From: Candidatus Latescibacterota bacterium
Lineage (GTDB): Bacteria; Latescibacterota; UBA2968; GCA-2709665
Reading direction: 5' to 3'
Length of the DNA stretch: 64,000 nt
Assembly (NCBI GenBank): GCA_965203805.1
Contig: OZ241917.1
Coordinates: 4,544,001 to 4,608,000, forward strand
The notes beneath the pieces were generated by a model. The model saw nothing but the letters and a program-made list of their open reading frames with translations. It searched no databases and was not told where the DNA came from. The position numbers and the translations under genes are program-made. Of the stretch, positions 29,605-37,865 are shown one piece after another (the stretch's first letter is position 1; each line of letters begins with the position of its first letter).

Positions 29605-30222
29605 ATGGACAATTACGATCCGTTTCAGGCGGTCCATCAGTTACGTGCGTGGATTAAACAAACGGTTTCAGCTGCGAATGAAAGTGCCTCCGCCGACGCG
29701 AGAAAAAGATACGGTAGAATAACGAAGGCTATTGAGGAGCTACAAGGTCTGGACATATCCGTACCAGAAGAATTAATTTCTGAAAAACGAGCGATTAAAG
29801 AATTCATCGCCGCATCCCGTGAAACAAAATCGCTGACGAAATTGGCAGATGAACTCTCGATATTGGCAAGAGAAGTGGATCGCCATCTGAGAAGTCTCGA
29901 AATCAAACGGTCAAAAGCCCCTGCCCAAAAGCTGCGAGTTAGGTTTCCAGATGGAACGGTTATATTTGAGAAGAAAGCCGTAGAGACTTTCGTGAAGTCA
30001 ATCCAATATGTTGGCTTAGATCGTGTTTCGGAATTGACGTCAATCAAGAGCCACGGTGGACATCCGATTGTATCACGAAGAAAAAATGAGTCAGCGGGAA
30101 TGGTGCGAGAAATAAACGGATATTATATTGAAACGAAATCCAGCACCGAACTGAAGGCAAGACATATTCAGGAAATTGCGCGTGGACTAAGTGTCGAGAT
30201 TTCGGTTGAGTGCGTAGATTGA
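29605..30222 (+). CDS. hypothetical protein, helical N-terminus + SeqA-C-like domain
   Basis: AAGGAG RBS; LRVRFPDGTVI...INGYYIETKSSTELKARHIQEIARGL. Confidence 0.6.
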   Translation: MDNYDPFQAVHQLRAWIKQTVSAANESASADARKRYGRITKAIEELQGLDISVPEELISEKRAIKEFIAASRETKSLTKLADELSILAREVDRHLRSLEIKRSKAPAQKLRVRFPDGTVIFEKKAVETFVKSIQYVGLDRVSELTSIKSHGGHPIVSRRKNESAGMVREINGYYIETKSSTELKARHIQEIARGLSVEISVECVD

Positions 30223-30270
30223 ACGCTGCCCGTTGGAACTGCTAACGGCTTGATATTTCTGGGAGACACC

Positions 30271-33200
30271 ATGCCGAGTGACTACGAAAAAATCTGCAAC
30301 GATAACATACGTCGCCGAGGCGAGGAATTCGACGACATTGGACGGCTTATCTCAGAACAGTTATACAGCGACAGATCCCACTTCATATACGAACTGCTAC
30401 AGAATGCCGAAGATGCGTTGGCTAGACGCTTCAACAAACATCCAGGCGACACTTCTCGTTGTGCAGTTCAATTTCGACTCTTCAGTGACAGACTGGAATT
30501 CAGGCATTTGGGGGTCCCGTTCGACGAGGATGATGTAAGAGGCGTATCCGATGTACTGAGAGGAACCAAGGAAGAAGACTTCTCTCAGATCGGCAAATTC
30601 GGGATCGGCTTCAAGTCAGTTTACGCTTTTACTGCATCCCCTGAAATCCATTCCGGGGACGAACACTTTGTAGTCAAACGATTTATCCGCCCTGAAGCAA
30701 AAAACCCAGATCATGGTCTTTCAATAGCACCTGACGAGACTGTCTTCGTTTTTCCTTTCGATCACGAAGTTCTGTCATCCGCTAAGGCCTATAGTCTCAT
30801 TTTGGAAAAGTTGCGGCGACTCGGTCCAGGAGTATTGCTGTTCTTAAGACGGATTGACGAAATCGCATGGACAGTTGAACCAGGTGAGGAAGAGGGTCAC
30901 TATCTTAAGGAAACGGCACAAGCCGCGATGACGGGAAACGCACGCCGAATTACCGTGGTTGGTCAGAAAAACGGTGCGGAGGACGAGGAGAATTGGATTG
31001 TCTTTGAACGGCTAGTGGCGGTACCAGATAAGAGTGGTCAGATACCCGTTGAAATAGGATATCGGATCGATACTAACAAAAAAGATGGGAAAGAAAGCAT
31101 CGTAGCGATCGATCGATCACCGCTGGTTGTCTATTTCCCGACACAAAAAGATACAAGTTTCGGTTTCCTGATCCAGGGTCCTTACCAGCCGACAACCGCA
31201 CGTGACAATATCCTTAGTGATGATAATTGGAACGAAAAGCTAATTGCGGAAACTGCCGAGTTGGTCGTCGAGTCGCTTCAACATTTGAAGGAGATGGGTT
31301 TGCTATCGGTATCGGCATTAACAGCGTTGCCGATTAAGTTTTCAGATTCGTATTACATCTATAGTGATGGTCATTATTACAACGAATTCCATTCCGTCTA
31401 TACGAGAGTGCGGGATGCATTCAAGGAAGGAGACCTACTCCCAGCTAATGACGGCACGTCTGTCTCTGCGCGTAATGCCAAGCTCGCCCGCGGGTCAGCA
31501 CTACTGAAGATTCTGAATCAAGCACAACTCAGTGAATTGTTCCAGTCTAACGGTAATATTAAGTGGCTGTCAGATGAGATCACACAAGACCGCACGCCTG
31601 ATCTACGTTCCTATTTGATGCAAGAACTCAATGTTGAGGAAGTTGACCCGGAAGTGTTCGCTCGAAATCTATCCAGACGATTTCTCGCGAGTCAGGATGA
31701 CGAATGGTTGATTGAACTCTATAAGTTCCTGGTTGAACAGGAAGCACTGTGGCGTACCCCTCGATGGGAGAACGATGAAGGTGGCATTCTTCGCAAGAAG
31801 CCTATATTGCGTCTTCAGGACGGATCACATGTCAATCCGTTTCGAAATGACGGCTCGCCAAATGCCTACTTGCCAATAGGAGAAGATTCGGAGACCTCTC
31901 TACCGATTGTGAAAGTAGAGTTGGCTCAGAATAATGTAGCAAAGGATTTCTTGCAACAGCTTGGCATCCCGGTACTGGATATTGTTGCAGAGGTTGTTGA
32001 AGAAATACTCCCCAAATATGAAGTAGATTCGGTAACGGTTGAACCCGGAGACAACAAACGCGATCTCAGAAAAATTGCACTAGCATATGATACAGATTCC
32101 CAGAAAAACAAAGAACGGCTCGGAAAAAAGTTGCGGGAGACACCGTTTATTCTTGCGGAGTGTTCGAGTACGCGCAATCCCTCGTTCAGAAGGCCTGACG
32201 AGGTCTATTTTGCAACTGAGGAGTTACGCACTTATTTCGAGGGTAACGACTCCGTTGCATGGGTTTGTTCGGATCATCCACAATCTGCTTTGTTCAAAGA
32301 CCTGGGAGTCAGAGAGAAAGTAAGGATTCGACGTCGCCAACGTGACTACCAAGGATACGTCTCTATCCGCGATTACCATGGCGACCACGAGAGAGGACTG
32401 GACGGATTTGATCCAGATATTCGCGTCGATGGTTTGGAATGCGCAATGCGTACGCCAACAATGGAACGGAGTAGATATATTTGGAATAAAGTCGCAGTTC
32501 CGAATTCTGATTGCATTCGAGGAATTGTGGAGGAATCAACTCGGCGAACTTTTGAAGGAAGTACCAAGAGTGAACGGATTTCAGAGCCACTTGGAAAGTT
32601 GATGTGCAACACCGAGTGGTTGCCCGATTCACGTGGAAATTTTCGCAGGCCGTGCGATCTTACTCTTGATGATCTGCCCGTGTCATTTGTCCGTGATGAG
32701 AGGTTGGCCGACCAACTCGGAATGAAAAAAGATGTCGTCGAACAGCTCGCTAAAGAAGTTGGAATTTCAACAGAGGATATCGAACTCTTGAGACAAGACC
32801 CCGAGGGATTCATGCAGTGGAAAGCTGAAAGGGAATCTATAGAAAAAGAACCAGAATTTCCTCGCGGAGTCTCCACTAACCCTGTCCGTAGAGAGAAGCA
32901 AATTAAAGCTCAAGTGGAAGATGCATCAGATAAAACATATGAGACACGAGAAAGAAGCACTCGGACTACGCGAAAAGAGATAGAGCCCGAGATCTATCTT
33001 AGAAATCAGTATACGAACCAAGACAGTCAGTTGATTTGCCAGATCTGCAAAATGGAAATGCCGTTCAAAAAGAGAGATCGTGAGTATTACTTCGAGGCAG
33101 TTGAGGCACTCTCCACAGCTTTTTTCCCCAAAGAACACCCAGCCCAGTTTCTCGCCCTGTGTCCGGTGTGTGCGGCTAGGTACAAGGAATTCGTAAAGCG

Positions 33201-33471
33201 GGATAAAGCTGCCATGGGGAATTTTTATCAGGCCATTAAGCAATCAGACAAACTCGAAGTACCGCTCAAATTGGGAGAATTGGAACGTAACCTCAGATTC
33301 GTGGAGCCCCATTGGATTGACATAAAAACGATCCTGAGAGAGTTTTCAACGTCCGATGACACCGTTGTGGATCGGAGTGATTCCTGGAGCGAGCAAGATC
33401 AAAGAGATTTGACGAAAGCCTCCTTGAAGCATGCGGTGACACGCTACCCGGAGGACGAGGATCTTGTTTGA
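30271..33471 (+). CDS. sacsin-like HATPase (GHKL) protein with C-terminal HNH-like Zn domain
   Basis: ELLQNAEDA, IGKFGIGFKSVY, CQIC...LALCPVC; ATG 30271 follows a GGGAG RBS. Confidence 0.85.
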   Translation: MPSDYEKICNDNIRRRGEEFDDIGRLISEQLYSDRSHFIYELLQNAEDALARRFNKHPGDTSRCAVQFRLFSDRLEFRHLGVPFDEDDVRGVSDVLRGTKEEDFSQIGKFGIGFKSVYAFTASPEIHSGDEHFVVKRFIRPEAKNPDHGLSIAPDETVFVFPFDHEVLSSAKAYSLILEKLRRLGPGVLLFLRRIDEIAWTVEPGEEEGHYLKETAQAAMTGNARRITVVGQKNGAEDEENWIVFERLVAVPDKSGQIPVEIGYRIDTNKKDGKESIVAIDRSPLVVYFPTQKDTSFGFLIQGPYQPTTARDNILSDDNWNEKLIAETAELVVESLQHLKEMGLLSVSALTALPIKFSDSYYIYSDGHYYNEFHSVYTRVRDAFKEGDLLPANDGTSVSARNAKLARGSALLKILNQAQLSELFQSNGNIKWLSDEITQDRTPDLRSYLMQELNVEEVDPEVFARNLSRRFLASQDDEWLIELYKFLVEQEALWRTPRWENDEGGILRKKPILRLQDGSHVNPFRNDGSPNAYLPIGEDSETSLPIVKVELAQNNVAKDFLQQLGIPVLDIVAEVVEEILPKYEVDSVTVEPGDNKRDLRKIALAYDTDSQKNKERLGKKLRETPFILAECSSTRNPSFRRPDEVYFATEELRTYFEGNDSVAWVCSDHPQSALFKDLGVREKVRIRRRQRDYQGYVSIRDYHGDHERGLDGFDPDIRVDGLECAMRTPTMERSRYIWNKVAVPNSDCIRGIVEESTRRTFEGSTKSERISEPLGKLMCNTEWLPDSRGNFRRPCDLTLDDLPVSFVRDERLADQLGMKKDVVEQLAKEVGISTEDIELLRQDPEGFMQWKAERESIEKEPEFPRGVSTNPVRREKQIKAQVEDASDKTYETRERSTRTTRKEIEPEIYLRNQYTNQDSQLICQICKMEMPFKKRDREYYFEAVEALSTAFFPKEHPAQFLALCPVCAARYKEFVKRDKAAMGNFYQAIKQSDKLEVPLKLGELERNLRFVEPHWIDIKTILREFSTSDDTVVDRSDSWSEQDQRDLTKASLKHAVTRYPEDEDLV

Positions 33472-33805
33472 TCCGGGCGATGTGGTGGTGCTTGAATTTC
33501 CTGGTGCGAAGGAGGTCAAACGCCGACCGGCGGTCGTCATCTCCTCTCCGGTTTATCATGCTTCTCGACCTGATGTGGTCGTCGGCCTGGTTACCAGTCA
33601 AACCGCAGAACTTGGTCCTACGGACTATGTATTGCAGGATTGGTCGCATGCGGGTTTGAGGATTCCGTCGGTATTTCGCAGTTTTTTCGCGACTCTGCCC
33701 ACTGCTACCCATCATGCGGTTGTCGGTCATCTTTCAGAACGGGATTGGAACGAAGTCTGTGGTCGTGTAAGAATCGCTTTGGATCCACTGGCTTCCAATG
33801 AGTGA
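33464..33805 (+). CDS. PemK/MazF-family toxin
   Basis: PGDVVVLEFP..KRRPAVVISS, VTSQ, AGLRIPS. Confidence 0.88.
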   Translation: MFDPGDVVVLEFPGAKEVKRRPAVVISSPVYHASRPDVVVGLVTSQTAELGPTDYVLQDWSHAGLRIPSVFRSFFATLPTATHHAVVGHLSERDWNEVCGRVRIALDPLASNE

Positions 33806-33920
33806 CGAACTCGCTACGGTCCCTCAATGCGGGCGGAGCGCCTGTGGGTATTGAGGCAATCGGGAAGATCTGAGATTGAACCGCTGCCACGATCAACACG
33901 CCAGGGTTCAGGGCGTTAAT

Positions 33921-34180
33921 TTCCCTGGAAGCGAGGGCATCCCTGCCCTCGCCGGCAGATGCGGGGGGCCGTAGCGCCGTCATTTCCGACGTGGAATTGG
34001 GTGCAAAAGAAGCAGTAGGCCCTTGATGCGGAGATTGGTAGGTCGTGCGAAGTTCGAGGGCAGGGATGCCCTCGGTCCGGTATCTGGTAGCTCATGAACT
34101 GATGTAGGGCAGGGTGGCCTCGGTCCAGATACTGGAGGATCATGTACTGATGAAGGGCAGGGATACCCTCGGTCCTTGGG
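33921..34180. repeat. REPIN-like element copy B plus ~48-bp tandem REP units
   Basis: Same hairpin pair at 33932-33951 and 34055-34074 (offset 9071 from copy A); extra units start at 34106 and 34154. Confidence 0.85.
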
Positions 34181-34331
34181 AGCCATTTGGTCCCGGGGTA
34201 CAGCATCGTTCTGTGGATGAGGTGTCTCCGGCCGAGGATGGGTCGAAACCTTAGCTGGCGCATGATTTAGACATACTTATATTCAATAACAAACCAGCGG
34301 TCCGTGCAGAGCGGCCGATGTGATTTTTTTT

Positions 34332-34365
34332 GACGCCCGGCGCGCGCGGTTCCGGGCGTCTTTTT
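34332..34365 (+). terminator. intrinsic terminator / possible attenuator
   Basis: 9-bp stem GACGCCCGG...CCGGGCGTC followed by T5, ~45 nt before ATG 34409. Confidence 0.6.
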
Positions 34366-34408
34366 GTTGCGATCGAGAGGGTTTTCGAGTCGCAAGGAGG
34401 GCTGTACG

Positions 34409-37400
34409 ATGGCATTTTCACCTGCGGTTCACGAGACGGATCTGGGGCAAGGGGTCTGCATATCGGCGCCTGCGGGGGAATCCTACCAGGATGCGGCCCG
34501 CAGTCTGAAGGAGACGATTGAGGGCACGGTTTCGGCGCCCGTGGACGTGCTTCCGGACGGGGAACTGGATGCCGGCGGCCGGCACGTGATCGCCCTGGGG
34601 AACATGATGGACAGCGCGTTCCTGCGAACGCTCTACTTCCGCGCCTACGACTTCACCGACCGGGTGTGGCCGGGACCTGGCGGCTGGGTGGTGCGCACGG
34701 CGCCTCATTCATTGGACGGTGTGGATCAGGTCCTTGTAGCGGGCGTGAGCAGCGCGGAGGACGTCGGCGAAGCGGCCGGTGCGCTGGCGGGCGCGATCGC
34801 GGAAAGCGGTCCGGTACTCCCGTTCCAATACGAGGTGCATCCGGGCCGCTGGTCGGGCCTGTACGTGACGCCGGCGAACGAGTTGATTGCGAAGAGCGAA
34901 AGGGACCTCGAGCAGGAATCCATCGGCGGGGGATCGGGCGACTGGACCTATATGATGGTTGTGGCCGATATGGGGATGCTCGCGGTGCAGACGGGAAACG
35001 AAGCGTTGATGTCGACGTTCTGCCGGCAGATCTGCCATTTCGCCCGCACGCGCTGGTTCGAGCGGACGTTGGAGGACCCAACGTTGATCCACGGCTTCAT
35101 CCGGGTGCTTCTGCTGCCGTTCACGATCCTGGAAAACCATCCCGCGCTTCCCTCCTCACTCCGGCAGCAGACGCTGGAATCGCTGCTGGGGCTCTTCAGG
35201 TCGGCGGAAGGGGCCGGCAATTCCGGGCTTCTGTCCTGCGTGGGCGTCGACCGGGTGCGCCAGAACCATCAGACCCGATCGGCGCTGGACATGTTCTACG
35301 GCGGCCGCTATTTCCACCAGGTGCATGGGCTCGCGGAGGGGTTGGCGTGGATGAAGCTGGCGGAGGTCTTCTTTGCGCCGCAGATGGGATCGAACAAGCC
35401 CGTGTGCGACTCGTGGGGCCATCAGTGGGGGGCTTCGCTGTTCAACACGGCGGATTACGCGTTGGCGGCGGGGAAGATGGACTACTTCTCGAGCCGGCCC
35501 TATCTTGAGGGCGTGGACCGGGCGCTCGTCGCGCACAGCAACCTGGAGCGCGGCCCGGAACAGTACTGCCGCATGGCCGCGGCGGTAACCGGCAATGATG
35601 AATACCTGCAGCTTTGTGAATCCATCGACGAAGAGGCTGTGGCGGAGCGGACCATTCGAGGGGCCGAAGAGCCCCTGCGGACCTGGGTGACGGGAAGGCA
35701 TGCGGCGGCGCCGGAACGGTTGGGACGGGTCGGCGTGGCCCCTCTCTCGCGGCTGTTCTACGATTCGATCGAAGAATATACGACGTTTGCGCCGGAGAAT
35801 GGCGTGTATCTGCGGAATCTGCCTTACGAACAGACGTTCGACAAGGTGTACTTCCGGTCCGGATGGACGGACCAGGACGACTACCTGCTGCTGGACGGCA
35901 TCTCGGGGGGCTCGCACTCCTATCAGGACGGCAACTGCATTGTGCGTTACACCAGTCGCGGCGTATCCTGGTTCAGGTTTGCCGGCGGGCATACGCCTGC
36001 CACGGTTCGGGACTACACGGGCGTGAGCGTTTCGGTTGACGGCGCCGGGCCGGGGTGCGAGTCCAGGTACGCGGCACTACGCTATCTGCAGGAAGGGGAG
36101 CGGCTTGCCGTGGCTGGCACGTCGATGACCTATCCGGAGCAGGGTGACTGGTATCGACATATCGTGTACAGCAGAGAGGGGTGGTTTCTGGTGATCGACG
36201 AAGTATGGCCTGTCGTGGCGGGCGACTTTCTGGTTGAGTGTCGCTGGCACCTTCTGGGCGAAGCGGCCATTTCCGATGGGATGTTGCGTTCGGTTCAGAA
36301 CGATGCGCAACTGAATATGCGCCACTGTGGAAGCGGTCGCCAGGAACTGATTGCGTCCGACGATTGGTGCGCGGAGGACTACGCGAAATGGGTCCAGCGG
36401 TCCGTTGCGGCACTCCAGCCCGGGACGGGGATCCGGTTCGGGACGCTTTTCTGGACCGACGCGGTGGGAGATGGAAGGGATTTCAGCCTGGTCGAGGAGA
36501 AAAGCGGCTTCCGGATCGAGGGCTGCGGCGATACCGTCAGGATCGTCCTGGAAGAGGGGGTAGAGTACCCGGCTGTTACCGCCTCCGGCGCGACGCTGCC
36601 AACGGCCGGTCAAGACGTCGTTGCGTCCGATTCCACGCCATTCCGACTTCCCGGCGGCGAAGCCAGGCCTGAATGGAATTCGCGGTGCGCGGATGCCGTG
36701 ACCGCGCTGGATATCGGGTCGGAGAGATGGTTCGGCGGCGACGGCGGCGGGGTGACCGCCTTCAATCCCGGCGGCGACGTCCTCTGGAAGCGGGAGATCG
36801 ACGGTGGCGTCTGCGCCATTGCGGCCCTGGACGACGGTGGTGCGGCGGCAGGCGGCGACGGAGAAACCGTATACCGGCTGGATGCCTCCGGAGATACGGT
36901 CTGGTCGCATCGGATCCCGTGGCAGCCCATGAACTGGGACAGCTGGTCCAGGAAGAATTGTGTGGTCTTGAGTCTGGCCGCGGGCGATATAGACGGCGAC
37001 GGACGGGAGGAGATTCTGGTGGGATGCGCCGACCGCCACGTGTATGCGTTCGATGGCGAGGGCAACCAATTATGGCGTTCCCCCTGTCAATGGGGGCCGC
37101 CGGTTTGTCTCGACACGGCGAGGCTTACGGACAGGCCGGAGCGGCAGACGCTCGCCGGCCTGGCAGACCCCGCCATCCACGCGCACACCCTGGTCTTCGG
37201 CAAGGACGGGACGCTGGGGCGGCCGCTGCAGCGGCCGGATATCGTCAGCTGGTCGATTCCTTCATGGTCCCGTTGCCTCAGGGTGGCGGATGTGGACGGC
37301 GACGGCGGTGACGAGGTGATCAGCGGGGTGGATACAAACCACCGGCAGTTGATCGTGTACGGGCGCGGCGGCGAGGTGATCTGGGATGCGGACATGGGCG

Positions 37401-37723
37401 GCGGGGTGCTCGCGGCTGAAGCCTTTGACGGGCGGTTATACGCGGGGGCGTCGAACGGATTTGTGCAGTGCTTCGACGCCGGGGGCGCGCGTCTGTGGAG
37501 CCGGTTCCTGACCGAACGGGTGGCCGGTCTCGCGCCAGGTGGAGATGGAGGCTGTCTGGCTGCCCTTCGAGGCGGAACCGTCGTGGGTCTGGACGGTAAC
37601 GGAGAGGTCCGGAAGATGCACTCAGGGAACCCGGAGATTGCGGTAACGGGTTGGGCGTCGGGATGGCCGGACGGGGGCCTGCTGGTGGGCCGGAAGGATG
37701 GGGCCATCGAATTCTACCGGTAG
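34409..37723 (+). CDS. heparinase II/III-like lyase-fold protein with C-terminal beta-propeller/FG-GAP repeats (paralogue 1)
   Basis: AAGGAGG RBS; RQNHQ, FDKVYFRSGW..DDYLLLDG..GGSHSYQDGN, DIDGDGREE and DVDGDGGDE motifs. Confidence 0.75.
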   Translation: MAFSPAVHETDLGQGVCISAPAGESYQDAARSLKETIEGTVSAPVDVLPDGELDAGGRHVIALGNMMDSAFLRTLYFRAYDFTDRVWPGPGGWVVRTAPHSLDGVDQVLVAGVSSAEDVGEAAGALAGAIAESGPVLPFQYEVHPGRWSGLYVTPANELIAKSERDLEQESIGGGSGDWTYMMVVADMGMLAVQTGNEALMSTFCRQICHFARTRWFERTLEDPTLIHGFIRVLLLPFTILENHPALPSSLRQQTLESLLGLFRSAEGAGNSGLLSCVGVDRVRQNHQTRSALDMFYGGRYFHQVHGLAEGLAWMKLAEVFFAPQMGSNKPVCDSWGHQWGASLFNTADYALAAGKMDYFSSRPYLEGVDRALVAHSNLERGPEQYCRMAAAVTGNDEYLQLCESIDEEAVAERTIRGAEEPLRTWVTGRHAAAPERLGRVGVAPLSRLFYDSIEEYTTFAPENGVYLRNLPYEQTFDKVYFRSGWTDQDDYLLLDGISGGSHSYQDGNCIVRYTSRGVSWFRFAGGHTPATVRDYTGVSVSVDGAGPGCESRYAALRYLQEGERLAVAGTSMTYPEQGDWYRHIVYSREGWFLVIDEVWPVVAGDFLVECRWHLLGEAAISDGMLRSVQNDAQLNMRHCGSGRQELIASDDWCAEDYAKWVQRSVAALQPGTGIRFGTLFWTDAVGDGRDFSLVEEKSGFRIEGCGDTVRIVLEEGVEYPAVTASGATLPTAGQDVVASDSTPFRLPGGEARPEWNSRCADAVTALDIGSERWFGGDGGGVTAFNPGGDVLWKREIDGGVCAIAALDDGGAAAGGDGETVYRLDASGDTVWSHRIPWQPMNWDSWSRKNCVVLSLAAGDIDGDGREEILVGCADRHVYAFDGEGNQLWRSPCQWGPPVCLDTARLTDRPERQTLAGLADPAIHAHTLVFGKDGTLGRPLQRPDIVSWSIPSWSRCLRVADVDGDGGDEVISGVDTNHRQLIVYGRGGEVIWDADMGGGVLAAEAFDGRLYAGASNGFVQCFDAGGARLWSRFLTERVAGLAPGGDGGCLAALRGGTVVGLDGNGEVRKMHSGNPEIAVTGWASGWPDGGLLVGRKDGAIEFYR

Positions 37724-37789
37724 GGGACGACATAGCGATTTGACACGAATCCGCCGGGTCGAAAGCACTATTGCGCTTATCGGGTTTTT

Positions 37790-37865
37790 ATCCTGTCCAT
37801 CCTGTTCATCCATGTGAGTTCCCGCGTTGTGATATAGATTCTGCACACGGAGAAAGGATTGCGAT
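37790..37865 (+). repeat. intergenic repeat with 9-bp units (ATCCTGTCC) and shared leader
   Basis: Matches 41355-41439, including TGCACACGGAGAAAGGATTGCGAT. Confidence 0.8.

Noticed and set aside
1011-33805. Integron cassette array or prophage/ICE
   Set aside because: Genes are co-oriented, but I recognised no integrase, recurrent attC sites, or phage structural or conjugation genes; an IntegronFinder run would settle it
34057-34180. ~48-bp periodic units as a CRISPR array
   Set aside because: The inter-repeat segments are similar to each other rather than unique spacers, there are only about three units, and no cas genes; these are REP tandem units
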